Source: Candidatus Kapaibacterium sp. (GTDB taxonomy: Bacteria > Bacteroidota > Ignavibacteria > Kapaibacteriales > UBA2268). Taken from it: a DNA stretch of 52,402 nucleotides. The stretch covers positions 1 through 52,402 of the forward strand of contig CALGXJ010000040.1 of NCBI GenBank assembly GCA_937936035.1, in the 5' to 3' direction. Positions 1-10,100 of the stretch are shown piece after piece. The stretch's first letter is position 1; each line of letters opens with the position of its first letter. Both the position numbers and the translations under genes were made by a program. The notes under the pieces were generated by a model. The model was given only the letters and a program-made list of their open reading frames with translations, was not told the DNA's origin and searched no databases.

Positions 1-2
1 GT

Positions 3-908
3 GGAATTTATCCGGCAGATTCGGATGATTTCGAAGATTTACGCGAATCGCTGGCAAAATTGTCGCTCAATGATTCAGCAATTCAATACGAGCCGGAAAC
101 TTCGAGTGCTCTGGGATTTGGCTTCCGTTGCGGTTTCCTTGGACTACTGCACATGGAAATAGTTCAGGAACGGCTTGAGCGAGAATTCAATCAGAACATT
201 GTTACGACTGTTCCAAACGTTCGCTACAAAGTAATCAAGACAAATGGCGAAGAGATATTTATCGAAAATCCGGCACAATTGCCAAGTCCGGTTGAAATTG
301 AAGAGATACAAGAGCCATACATCAAAGCGCAAATCATAACTCCGAGCGAGTATATCGGTAACATAATGAAACTGTGTATGGATAGACGCGGCACACTTAT
401 CAACACACACTATCTTTCTGCCGACCGGGTTGATATGAGTTGGGAACTGCCTCTTGCGGAAGTAGTTTTCGATTTCTACGACAAGCTGAAATCAACCTCA
501 CGCGGATATGCTTCGCTCGATTATGAATTTAGTGATTACAAGGCGGGCGACCTTGTAAAACTGGATATATTAATAAACGGCGATCAGGTGGATGCGCTGT
601 CCTCGATTGTTCATCGTTCGAAAGCTTACGAATGGGGCAAAAAGCTTTGCACAAAGCTTAAAGACCTGATACCGCGGCAAATGTTCGAAGTTGCAATTCA
701 GGCGGCAATTGGTTCGAAAGTTATAGCTCGGACAAATGTCAAAGCACTTCGCAAAAATGTGCTTGCAAAGTGTTACGGAGGCGACATTTCGCGAAAGCGC
801 AAACTACTTGAGAAACAAAAGGAAGGCAAGAAGCGTATGAAGCAGGTAGGGAATGTAGAAATACCGCAGGAAGCGTTTCTTGCTGTTCTAAGTATTGATA
901 AAGAATAA
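3..908 (+). CDS. lepA: Elongation factor 4 (LepA), C-terminal ~300 aa; the 5' end lies outside the window
   Basis: The frame is open from the window edge (nt 3: [24 protein letters not shown]...). It contains the typical LepA segment [27 protein letters not shown] and the tail [40 protein letters not shown]. The track's 'M' at 60 is an internal TTG Leu codon. Confidence 0.92.
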   Translation, partial: GIYPADSDDFEDLRESLAKLSLNDSAIQYEPETSSALGFGFRCGFLGLLHMEIVQERLEREFNQNIVTTVPNVRYKVIKTNGEEIFIENPAQLPSPVEIEEIQEPYIKAQIITPSEYIGNIMKLCMDRRGTLINTHYLSADRVDMSWELPLAEVVFDFYDKLKSTSRGYASLDYEFSDYKAGDLVKLDILINGDQVDALSSIVHRSKAYEWGKKLCTKLKDLIPRQMFEVAIQAAIGSKVIARTNVKALRKNVLAKCYGGDISRKRKLLEKQKEGKKRMKQVGNVEIPQEAFLAVLSIDKE

Positions 909-924
909 TTAATTGGAATAAATT

Positions 925-1857
925 ATGAAAAACTTCATTTTTTCTGCTTATCGTAGATACAAGGACTACAAAGCAAATAAAAAGAAGCCACAAACTTTTG
1001 CCGAACATGTTGTTTCTTGGATCAAAACAATTGTTGGAGCGATTATCTTTGTGATGATAATCAACGGGTTGCTTATTGCATCGTTTGTTGTGCCAACAGG
1101 GTCGATGGAAAAGACAGTTCTCACAGGCGATTTTCTTTTTGTAAATAAGTTGATTTTTGGGCCATCTACTCCACAAATAATACCGTTTGTGAATATACCT
1201 TTGCCTTTTTATAAATTTCCCGGACTTCGCAAGCCAGAAAAGAACGACGTAATTGTGTTCATTTTCCCAGGTTATCGCGACGAAGTGGAAGCTTCGGAAT
1301 TTCAGTATTATTTGAAGCGATGCGTTGCTACTGCCGGCGATACTTTGCAAATCATAAACAATGTGCTTTACGTAAACGGAGTTGAGCAAAAACTGCCACC
1401 TAATGCGGTTGTAACAAACAACGCTTTTCGCGACCCGATGGAAACGCTTCGCACTTTTCCAAAAGGACGCAACTGGACACACGACAACTACGGACCTATC
1501 CGCATACCTAAGAAAGGCGATGTAATAGATCTGACGCTCGATAATTTAGAAGAGTGGGATATTTTTATTAAACGCGAAGGGAACGATTTGAAAGTGGATG
1601 GCAATCAAATCATTATCAACGGGAAACCTACTGATAAATACACAGTTCAGCGAGACTATTGCTTTGGGATAGGCGACAATCGCGATTTTAGTCTTGATAG
1701 CCGTTACTGGGGATTTATTCCTTACGACAATGTGCTTGGCAAACCACTCATTATTTATTGGTCGTGGGAAATTAAAGATGCCTATGAGCGTCCATATAAT
1801 TTGATTGAAAAAATATCGAATATTCGCTGGAATAGAATTTTAAAAACTGTTAGTTGA
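925..1857 (+). CDS. lepB: Signal peptidase I (S26 family)
   Basis: N-terminal TM helix (IVGAIIFVMIINGLLIASFVV), catalytic Ser box PTGSMEKT, Lys box YLKRCVATAGD, and box E GDNRDFSLDSRYWGFIP. It starts 16 nt after lepA, the conserved lepA-lepB order. Confidence 0.9.
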   Translation: MKNFIFSAYRRYKDYKANKKKPQTFAEHVVSWIKTIVGAIIFVMIINGLLIASFVVPTGSMEKTVLTGDFLFVNKLIFGPSTPQIIPFVNIPLPFYKFPGLRKPEKNDVIVFIFPGYRDEVEASEFQYYLKRCVATAGDTLQIINNVLYVNGVEQKLPPNAVVTNNAFRDPMETLRTFPKGRNWTHDNYGPIRIPKKGDVIDLTLDNLEEWDIFIKREGNDLKVDGNQIIINGKPTDKYTVQRDYCFGIGDNRDFSLDSRYWGFIPYDNVLGKPLIIYWSWEIKDAYERPYNLIEKISNIRWNRILKTVS

Positions 1858-1858
1858 A

Positions 1859-2698
1859 ATGAGTACTATTATTAGCTCGTTCAAAAATAGTAGCGGGCTG
1901 GATATAAATTTAGAGATAGTAGATAATAGCAATAGAACAAAAAAGACGTTGTTTCTATTTCTTCACGGGTTCAAAGCATACCGCAATTGGGGATTTTATC
2001 CGTATTTATGCGAGAAGTTAGCTGAGAACGATATAATTTCTGTTCGATTTGATTTCTCGCTTTCTGCTGTGGTCGATGGTGAACGCCTTATATACAATTC
2101 CGAACTTTTTGCACAAAACACTGTGACGAGAGAAGTGCAGGATGTGCAGGATTTTCTCGAAGCTTTGGAAAAGCAAGAAACACCAATTGATTACAACAAC
2201 TGGAACGGGGAAATTATTCTTTGTGGGCATTCTCGTGGTGCTGCGGTAGCAATTTTAACAGCGAATCTATCCGAACGTATTAAAAAGCTTGTTTTGCTAT
2301 CGCCTATTGCGACTTTTGATAGATATTCCGACCGTCAGAAAGATTTATGGCGACACAACGGATACGTAGAGTTAAAGCTTGTTCACTCGCAACAGAAATT
2401 ACGTCTCAATTATTCATATCTTGAAGATATTTTGCTCAATGCTGATAAATACAATTTGCCAAAGGCTATAGCAAAAGTTGAGAAACCTATTTTGATTATT
2501 CACGGCAAGCAGGATTTAACTGTTACCCCGAAGGAAGCATACGAGCTTGCTCATAGCGTAAAGAACAAGGAAAGATTCCGCTTCCTGCTGTTGGATAAGG
2601 CAGGGCACGGTTTCAACTCGGCTCATCCATTCGATGGGACAAATCAGGTGCTTGAGAAGCTTATTGCAGAAGTAGTAAATTTTATTGACGAGAAGTGA
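1859..2698 (+). CDS. Alpha/beta-fold hydrolase
   Basis: 279-aa ORF starting 1 nt after the lepB stop. It has the nucleophile elbow GHSRGA, LFLHGF near the N-terminus, and a late HG..D/H region (LIIHGKQDLTV, AGHGF). Confidence 0.7.
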   Translation: MSTIISSFKNSSGLDINLEIVDNSNRTKKTLFLFLHGFKAYRNWGFYPYLCEKLAENDIISVRFDFSLSAVVDGERLIYNSELFAQNTVTREVQDVQDFLEALEKQETPIDYNNWNGEIILCGHSRGAAVAILTANLSERIKKLVLLSPIATFDRYSDRQKDLWRHNGYVELKLVHSQQKLRLNYSYLEDILLNADKYNLPKAIAKVEKPILIIHGKQDLTVTPKEAYELAHSVKNKERFRFLLLDKAGHGFNSAHPFDGTNQVLEKLIAEVVNFIDEK

Positions 2699-3120
2699 GA
2701 GGGAAACCATATATATTGCTGATTTTGATGTTGCTTGCAAGCTGCGAGCTAATTGTAATCAAAACACCACCAAAGGAACGCCAGCAACGTGTGGAGCTTT
2801 CGCAACGGGCACCGCTCAGCGTTGTGATGCTGTTCAAAGCCGAACTCGACAGCAGTAATGTTTTCGGTGCAATGTCGCTTATTGCGTCGCCGGAAAAGAC
2901 AAAATACCTTGCCGAGCAACGCTACGAAAGAATCACCGATATTCAGCGTGTTCGCCGTATTTTGCAGAACAAAAAAGTAACCGAATACAAAGCAATGTCG
3001 ATTGCAGAAGATATTTCAATTGTGAGCTTGGAATTAAACTGGTTGGAAAAAATTAATTTTGTCGCTGCAAAAATCGACAGCCAGTGGTATGTAACAGATT
3101 ATAAATATCCGGCAGAATAA
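2695..3120 (+). CDS. Small hypothetical lipoprotein
   Basis: GTG start overlapping the upstream stop (GTGA). Signal peptide with lipobox LLASC. I recognise no family. Confidence 0.55.
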   Translation: MRGKPYILLILMLLASCELIVIKTPPKERQQRVELSQRAPLSVVMLFKAELDSSNVFGAMSLIASPEKTKYLAEQRYERITDIQRVRRILQNKKVTEYKAMSIAEDISIVSLELNWLEKINFVAAKIDSQWYVTDYKYPAE

Positions 3121-3121
3121 C

Positions 3122-4564
3122 CTATTCAAGAATTATCTTTTGGATTTTTGTTTCTTTTGAATTGCTAAATTTAGCAATCAGAAATCCGTTCAGCTGAATT
3201 TTCGATGCAAGATCGATTGCGGTTGAATTTCTAATATCTGTTTTATAAACAAGTTCGCCCAATAGATTGAAGATTTCTAAATTATCGTATTTTCCGAAGC
3301 AACCATTCAAATAAAACGTATTGTTCGAAAAGAATATATCCTGATTTTGGGATTTCTCGGCAACAGAGGTAAAGGCAGAGAGCTCGAAAATATGCCCGAA
3401 AGCAGAAATTCCTCTGAGGTTTTTGATTGTAACGTCAGGTATTTTGAGGTGTGGATTTTTCGGCTCTAAAACTAAATTAGCAACGACACCAGAAGTGTTT
3501 ATAAGGTTTGATTTGCTGACAGTGCCGATAGAAAATTCAATTGTATTTTGGTTAGATTTCCAGATTGAGAAAGTAGCTTTGTTTCCGTCCAAAAGTCCAG
3601 CAGGTTCAATACCGAGAACATCGAAATCGTTCAAATCAGGGATTTCAATAGTACCGGCAAGCGACAGATACGGCTGGTAAGTGCTTGCATAGATAGGATA
3701 AACGATGCTGCTGGTAGATTTTTGGACAACAATTGCAGGCAGTTCAATTTCCTGATTAGAATAATTAATTATGCTACCGGTGGGATGCTGCTTGTCGTAG
3801 TTGTAAGAAATAACCAAATTATCAATCATATTAACTTCTCCGTTGCCATCGCAATCGGCATAAGTAGCGGCGGCGGTGTCCCAGGCAATCACCGGCTGGG
3901 GAGCCCATAGGGTGCTTGCGGGCTCGCGTTTGAAGCTACGCAATTGCTTGGTATTTGGACCGAAACCTAAATAGAAGGAAACAGTGGCAAAATCGAGGTG
4001 GTTAACTATTCCATCGTTGTTAGCATCGCCGGGCCAAACGTTAACGAAGCTATGGATTGTGTAGCTAATGCTTGTAGTGGGCAAATCAAGAAGTTTCAGT
4101 TGTCCGTCGGCAACGACAGTTATCCGCGGATTGATTAAACTAAAAGTAACAATGTCGAAATGCGGAGCTGCGGGGATCACGACAAATTTCAGATTAACAA
4201 CTTTGGGATTGTCTGGGGCGTTTGTGTCGCGGGTGTAGTCCATACCGGAGCTAACGACCAATCTGCCGATGTCGTTAGAGGCATCGGGCAGCGAAAGCAC
4301 AAGGGTTTTGGTAGTGGAGCCAAATTCGCCGCGTTTCCATTCGGAGAAGCGGACAAACTGCGTTTTATTATAGCGAAGTTCGAATGAAACGTTTGTGCAT
4401 TTTTGGATATTTTCGGCAACAATATCGATACTGAATACGTAGGTAGCAGTAACGAACTTGCTTCTGGAGGAATCGACGTCGTCTCTCACAAATACGAGAG
4501 ATTGCGAGTGCAAGCAGGTTGATGCAATCAGTAATAATGTTAATATGTAAATAATTTTTCTCAT
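3122..4564 (-). CDS. Secreted cohesin-like + dockerin-like protein with a T9SS-type C-terminal sorting domain
   Basis: Signal peptide MRKIIYILTLLLIASTCLHSQ. Cohesin-like N-domain (VFSIDIVAENIQKCTNVSFELRYNKTQFVRF). Two dockerin-type Ca-loop repeats, GDANNDGIVNHLD and DCDGNGEVNMID (about nt 3797-4033). A second beta-rich module follows. The C-terminal ~70 aa (LEIFNLLGELVYKTDI...FLIAKFSNSKETKIQKIILE) look like a T9SS type-A CTD. Confidence 0.7.
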   Translation of the reverse strand: MRKIIYILTLLLIASTCLHSQSLVFVRDDVDSSRSKFVTATYVFSIDIVAENIQKCTNVSFELRYNKTQFVRFSEWKRGEFGSTTKTLVLSLPDASNDIGRLVVSSGMDYTRDTNAPDNPKVVNLKFVVIPAAPHFDIVTFSLINPRITVVADGQLKLLDLPTTSISYTIHSFVNVWPGDANNDGIVNHLDFATVSFYLGFGPNTKQLRSFKREPASTLWAPQPVIAWDTAAATYADCDGNGEVNMIDNLVISYNYDKQHPTGSIINYSNQEIELPAIVVQKSTSSIVYPIYASTYQPYLSLAGTIEIPDLNDFDVLGIEPAGLLDGNKATFSIWKSNQNTIEFSIGTVSKSNLINTSGVVANLVLEPKNPHLKIPDVTIKNLRGISAFGHIFELSAFTSVAEKSQNQDIFFSNNTFYLNGCFGKYDNLEIFNLLGELVYKTDIRNSTAIDLASKIQLNGFLIAKFSNSKETKIQKIILE

Positions 4565-4599
4565 ACTCTAAATAATTAGCAATTGATATGCCAGAAATA

Positions 4600-5583
4600 T
4601 CAATTATCGTCCACATTCAGCAATTTTTTTGCTAATTTTGCAACAAGTTTGTTCATTTCTTCTAATTTATCATCATATAATATATCGGTAACTGTTTTAA
4701 TTTTTTCAACATTATTTTCGTTAATTTTATAGAGGGAAAGGGAAATTTCGGCGGCTTCGGGCAATTGTTCGTAATTTCCGGCAATAAAATATCCAACGTT
4801 GAATTTTCGAAGTGCGTCTATTTCGTTTAAAGTAGGTAAGTTATAATTTTCAACAACGTAAAGTTTGAACAAGCTATACAAGCTATCCCGTGTTTCGAGG
4901 TCGTAAGCAACGAAATCTTTGGATTTTTTTGCAACTTCGAAAATTTCTTCGAGAGCAGCAAAGGAAGTTGTAATTCTTGTGTCGTATAAATTCCAGGGTC
5001 GCAGTCCGATTGGCAGGCTAAAACCAATTCCGGTAAGAACAAGCGTTGGTGCAGGTTTCACATTTAAATTCCCAACTTGATTAGAATATAATTTGCTGTT
5101 GTTTTTGGCGTCTGCGAATGCTCTTTGGGTGGCAGTGAGCAACGATGGGTCGAAGAGAGTTTTTTCGGTGGTTGCCCGACGATAGTTCAGATGGGCAAAT
5201 CCTTCGCCTTTTTGACGTTTTGTCGTATCGCTAACGTCCACAAGGAGCAATTCCACCCGCAGCATATTGATAAATCTGTCGGCACGCATAAAAGCAACTT
5301 CATCGGCACCTGCTATTCTGGCAATATCGAGAAGGATAGGCTTTTTCCCTTCGTTGTAGAGATTTTGAGCGATTGTGTCGCGGTCGGGCTTTTCGATGAA
5401 ATCATATTTGAGAGTAAGTCTTGTAGCAAGCGACAAAGCAGCGTCTGCCTTTATTTCGGGAATATCCTCCACTGCAACGTTTCTTCCCGCGATATAGTTG
5501 CCAAGCATAATTTTTCGTTTTTCAACTTTGGCTGAACATCCAACAATAGTAAGCATAATCAATAAAAACAGTAACTTTTTCAT
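4600..5583 (-). CDS. Hypothetical lipoprotein with two similar alpha/beta modules (CsgG/LpoB/TolB-N-like pattern; inference only)
   Basis: I chose the ATG at 5583 (MKKLLFLLIMLTIVGCSAK, lipobox VGC) rather than the track's 5673 start, which would overlap the upstream gene. It lies 7 nt downstream of the plug-like gene and 35 nt upstream of the cohesin/dockerin gene. Confidence 0.6.
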   Translation of the reverse strand: MKKLLFLLIMLTIVGCSAKVEKRKIMLGNYIAGRNVAVEDIPEIKADAALSLATRLTLKYDFIEKPDRDTIAQNLYNEGKKPILLDIARIAGADEVAFMRADRFINMLRVELLLVDVSDTTKRQKGEGFAHLNYRRATTEKTLFDPSLLTATQRAFADAKNNSKLYSNQVGNLNVKPAPTLVLTGIGFSLPIGLRPWNLYDTRITTSFAALEEIFEVAKKSKDFVAYDLETRDSLYSLFKLYVVENYNLPTLNEIDALRKFNVGYFIAGNYEQLPEAAEISLSLYKINENNVEKIKTVTDILYDDKLEEMNKLVAKLAKKLLNVDDN

Positions 5584-5590
5584 TTTATCC

Positions 5591-6904
5591 TCAATAACTT
5601 CTACTAATACTCTGCCTTGTTGCAGCAATAATTGCGTCGTAGCCACCGAAAGCAACATCTTTATAATAGACAAATGCGATGAATGAATGGTCGTTTACGC
5701 TTGTGTTGCCTTCGTATTGGTCGGTAGAATAGCGCACTGCACGGTTTCGGTAAAAGTCGAATTCGCCTGTAGCATATAGATAATTATGCACACCACGACG
5801 CACCCAAGCCCGTAGTTTGTAGTAGCGGTCTGCTTCGTCGAAATACATAATCCAGCGGTGGTCGGGCTTCCAGTTGTTGAAAGAACCGATAATAAAGACA
5901 TCTTCGCTTGTGAGCACTCCATCAGGTTCGAGCAGAAATTCCAAATAGATATAGTCGTTTGCATAATTTGGGACGCGGCTTGTAAGCATAACGCCTTCGT
6001 TGTCGTATTCGTTGAATGTGCCGTTGCGGCGTAAGTCGGAAAGAGGAAGGCGTTGCTCGGTTACACCGCGGGGGAAATATCCGAGATTGGTCAGATCCAG
6101 CACTCTATATTCGTTTTCGGCAGGAACGCCTTCAATTCTAAAAAACTTACGTGCTCCGATAAAACCCGAAACATTTCTACGATATTGATATTTATAAAGA
6201 TATGAATAGTCATCAATATCATTTCTTGATGAAACGACGAGAGGTTCTTCCCAGCGATTATTTTTATAAAGCACGCAAGTATGCACATTATTATCCAGCA
6301 GGTTCAATTTTGACCACACCTGAACATCGAGATTATAACTTGTTGATGAAACATTGTATTTAGTCGAGTACATACTATTCCAAATGCTCATAAGAGATTG
6401 TGCTCGAGGCTCGACCACAAAGAATTTTGCTTCCGCAAATTCTTCTTTATCGTTGTCGTAAGTATAAAATTTCACTTTCCAGTTGCCCGAATATTTAATC
6501 GGGATGCTAAAATCAGGAAAAGAGAAATAGCCTCTGTGCGAGAAATATGGATTTGTGTAGCCGGCTACATCCCAACGAATATTGCTAAACCGTCGGTGGT
6601 AGAGCTCCTGATAAAAAATATTTTCCGTTTCTTTCCAGTCAGCAGTGCAATGGACAAACCGTGCATATAAATTCGGAGGGACGCTTGCAAAAATATCGAT
6701 TTCCACAGTAATTTTTTCGCTACCGATATTTGTCGTATAGCCCGAGCTATTGTTCAGGACAAGGATAGGTGGCATAGTTTCGTTGTCGCCGTAAATACGC
6801 ACTCCTCGCAGCAGAGCCTCGTGCTTAGGGTCGAATTTTTCATCCTGGGCTTTGGCAGAAATTGCAATCAGTATCAGCAAAATATTTATAATTATTCTTT
6901 TCAT
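5591..6904 (-). CDS. DUF5103 / type IX secretion system plug-like protein
   Basis: Start taken at the ATG at 6904 (MKRIIINILLILIAISAKAQ signal peptide). The pattern VRIYG..PPILVLN...ITVEIDIF...YARFVHCTADW...FYQELY...YFSHRGYFSFPD...YSGNWKVKFYTYDN...AKFFVVE, plus the C-terminal carbohydrate-binding-like IIGSFNNWKPDHRWIMYFDEADRYYKLRAWVRRGVHNYLY, matches my memory of the DUF5103 (PF17116) family. Not verified by a search. Confidence 0.55.
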   Translation of the reverse strand: MKRIIINILLILIAISAKAQDEKFDPKHEALLRGVRIYGDNETMPPILVLNNSSGYTTNIGSEKITVEIDIFASVPPNLYARFVHCTADWKETENIFYQELYHRRFSNIRWDVAGYTNPYFSHRGYFSFPDFSIPIKYSGNWKVKFYTYDNDKEEFAEAKFFVVEPRAQSLMSIWNSMYSTKYNVSSTSYNLDVQVWSKLNLLDNNVHTCVLYKNNRWEEPLVVSSRNDIDDYSYLYKYQYRRNVSGFIGARKFFRIEGVPAENEYRVLDLTNLGYFPRGVTEQRLPLSDLRRNGTFNEYDNEGVMLTSRVPNYANDYIYLEFLLEPDGVLTSEDVFIIGSFNNWKPDHRWIMYFDEADRYYKLRAWVRRGVHNYLYATGEFDFYRNRAVRYSTDQYEGNTSVNDHSFIAFVYYKDVAFGGYDAIIAATRQSISRSY

Positions 6905-6942
6905 TTCCACTTGTAATACTTTCGGAAAATTTCGTTGCAATT

Positions 6943-6950
6943 CAAAATTA
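6943..6950 (-). promoter_or_regulatory. Possible Bacteroidota-type -7 promoter element (TAATTTTG on the minus strand, consensus TAnnTTTG) for the plug-like operon
   Basis: Exact match to TAnnTTTG, 39-46 nt upstream of the ATG at 6904 and downstream of the terminator of the preceding gene. I saw no clear -33 TTTG, and the promoter grammar of this taxon is unknown. Confidence 0.3.
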
Positions 6951-7050
6951 ACATAAAGATATAGACGATTAATTATAAAAGAGATTAGTAAAATTGATAC
7001 AAAAAAAGAAATATACAGAAAAAAATAAGTTTAATTAGAGGAATTGAGAA

Positions 7051-7084
7051 AATAAAAAGCAGCCCCTTCGAGGAAGGGGCTGCT
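7051..7084 (-). terminator. Rho-independent terminator of the 2148-aa gene
   Basis: Perfect 11-bp GC-rich stem GCAGCCCCTTC/GAAGGGGCTGC (7059-7069 / 7073-7083) with a 3-nt loop, 27 nt past the stop codon. On the transcribed (minus) strand it is followed by TTTTTATT. Confidence 0.85.
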
Positions 7085-7109
7085 TCGGTGTAGTTATGAA
7101 CGCAGAGTA

Positions 7110-10100
7110 TTATTTAACTCTTACAACTTCACGAGTGATAACGTATGGACCAGCTTCGATACGAACGATGTACATACCGGAAGCGAGGTTCAATCCGCTC
7201 AAGCTAACAGTATGGCTGCCAGCTGCATAAAACTTGCTGGATACAAGCGAGGCAACCTTGACACCCATAGTATTGTAGAGGCTAACCGAAACATTACCAT
7301 CTGTTGGGATAGTGAATGTAACTTTTGCTTCATCAGCGAATGGGTTAGGAACAACCTCGACATTGTAGCCAAGAGCGATTGGATCGTCGATACCAGTTAC
7401 GCTACCTTTGATTTCGAATGGACCGGAGCGGTGGTATTCGAGTTCGGGAATGTTAGCGTAGATAGCACGAATCCAAGCGTTCTTAGTATTAACATTTGGC
7501 ACCATCCAGTCGAATGAACGGAGCGATGCTTTGTATTCGCTTGCAAGAGTATTCCAGGTAGCGCCGTTATCGATAGAGTATTGCAATGTGAATGTATTAA
7601 CGTTTTCGTGAACCCAACGAACCGGACGTTTTTCTCCGAAGTTGAGTTTATCGTTTGCACGAGGATTAGTAATAACGAGTGTGCCGGAGAGAATTCTGAA
7701 TGGTTCGGAAACTGCGAGCACTTTACCAGTTGCAACATCAACCATACGAACAACGGCGTTCTTAGTGTTTGCAGCAGGGATAGTCCATTCAACTTCTTCT
7801 TTGTTGGAGCTAACAGATCCGGTAACAGCGGTCCAGCCATCAACGCCGTTAGCGGAGAATTCGAAACGAACATTAGCGTTGTCTTTCGAAATCCAGCGGA
7901 TGAAGTCTTTTTTGCCGCTTGTGTAGATAGGATCGGTGGAAGCAGGACGAGTAATTTCAGCTGGGACAGAGAATATAGTAAATACAGCGTCGCTTCTATC
8001 GAGTTCTTTGCCAGTAGCAGCATCGAGCAAGCGAACAAGCATTTCGCCGGAATTGAGACGAGGAGCAATCCAGTTGAAGTTTAATTTAAGAGCGTCAACA
8101 GGACCTTGGTTAATACGGACCCAGGAAGCGCCGTTGTCGGCTGAATATTCGAGATACAAAGAAACGCCTTCAACATCGAGAGGAGCAGTCCAGTTGATAG
8201 TATACATAGAACCGCCTTCCCAAACTTCACCGCCATTAGGAGCAACAACAGCAAAGTTCTTAGTGATGATGATAGGTTTAATGTCTTCGAATACGCCAAC
8301 GCCAGTGATAATTTTGCCGTCTGTGGAGAGAACAGCGCAAGTATTGCTCCAGTTGAAGAATATGCTCTGATCTTTGCGTAAGAGTTCGAATCTCAAAGTG
8401 CCGAGATAAGTATTAACTCTTGGAACAATTTGACCTGGGCGACGTGTATATGCATCCCAATCAACTTCGATAGAACGGGTGTTTGGCACCGGAATATCAG
8501 TTAAATTAGTTGGTGAAGTGTAGATCGGACCGTAGCCTAAATCAGAACGGTTGTCGAAAATAACTTCGTTGAGTTTCACAAGTTCAGCAAAACGAACAAC
8601 AGTTGGGTCGAAATTGATTGCAAAAGTAGCATTTGCAAGAGCAAAATCAGCACCGGTATTGCGAATGTAGATAGGAACATCTACGAAATTACCGTTAAGC
8701 TGAGGCATAGCAATAACACGGTATGATAGACCACCAGACTGAGTTTGGTCGTATTTGCTGATAGTAGTTGAAGGATGAATTTCGCCACCTTCGTTGAGAT
8801 ATGATTTAGCATCGGCAATGAGGCGTTTCGAAAGTTCAGGAGCAAGAGGATAGTAAACGCTCATTGGGTCTGCGTCAGAAATGTAAGCAAACGGGTTGCT
8901 TTCGATAGAATTAGTAGTTTGTGGATAAACGTAAGCAGTATTCAAAGCAAGGTTGCGAAGTGATGAAACTTTGTTTGTATTGTTATCAACGATAGTTCTA
9001 TCGATAGCGTTAGCAACGTTGTCGCCGTTTACGTCGTTGGATGGATCAGTAGAAAGAGCATTTACGCGAACTTTAGCACGGTCAGCTGCATTGATCTGAC
9101 CATCACGGTAGACGTCGCCACCAACCATAGCTGGCAATGAGTTAGGACCAGTGATGTTGTTTGCTGCGCCACCATCGTTAAAGTTCAAGCCAGTTGAAGC
9201 CCACTTGGAGTTGTAGCGGTCAGGAGTATAGTTTTGTTCATCGGCAAAAGCGGTATAGCGGGAGCCATATGCCGGAGGTTCCTGACGAGCTTCTGTAGAA
9301 GTAATTAAGTTGTTGTCGGTTCCGTCCCAAGCCTGGAAGTCCCAACCTGATTCAACAGCCCAGGTAGAGAGGTCGTCGCCAACATAGTAGAATGGAGCAG
9401 CGTAAGCCGACATCACTGGCAAGTAGTTCAAGTGATCAACAACCACGAAGTAGCGACCATCAGCAACTTCAGTAAGAACGAAAGGAACGTTAGCGAAGTT
9501 GTTAGCGCCGGCATTTCTGTTTGTAATAAGTTTCGATTGAGTAAAGTTGTAGTATTTATCTGTTGAAAGAGCAGTGCTATTAGGAACATAGGCACCAGGA
9601 ACGCCGGAATTATCTTCGAACAGGCGAATTCTCAAACCTTTGTTGGAGAAGTTAGTACCAATGTTGTTCACAATACCGCCAGCATATCCGCCGTGGTAGC
9701 CATCGAGAAGTACGCGAACAGTGAAGTTGCTCGGAGGAGTAATGTTGAATTGAGCACTTTCGCTGATAAGAGTTTGCATAAAGCCATCAGTGCCGTTATC
9801 ATATTCTAATGCATAAGGAGTGTTGATGTTGGCGCGGGCACGAAGTCTTAATCTTCCGTTTGTCATAGCAGCGCCGATAACGCTTTGGTCGTTGTAGATA
9901 CCGTCTTTGTTAGCGTCTGGGTCTGCAATTGAGCAATTGAGAATACCAGCATATTGTGGTTTTGAAGCAACGCCTAAAAATTCATAATCAGCAGTAGCGG
10001 TTGGGAGAGCGAGAGCATTTGTGTATCCAGCATTTTGGTAAATGCTCGAAACAAATTGATAAGGAACGTTAGAATTGCCAGCACCACCGCCAGTTGAGAA

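Noticed and set aside
739-1482. 247-aa minus-strand ORF across the lepA/lepB junction. Analogous antisense ORFs occur at 27456-27998, 33583-34200, 34369-35022, 37572-38213, 40402-40803, 47001-47621 and 49253-49783.
   Set aside because: Each lies inside or across a confidently identified conserved gene on the other strand and has no family resemblance.
5584-5673. N-terminal extensions in the ORF track: 5584-5673, 6905-6940, 22284-22364, 29736-29765, 36667-36864, the TTG starts at 24417, 43252 and 48541, and the 'M' at 60.
   Set aside because: Internal ATGs give canonical signal peptides, lipoboxes or conserved N-termini and remove overlaps with upstream genes. The extensions are AT-rich read-through, or they begin at TTG codons that sit next to a better ATG.
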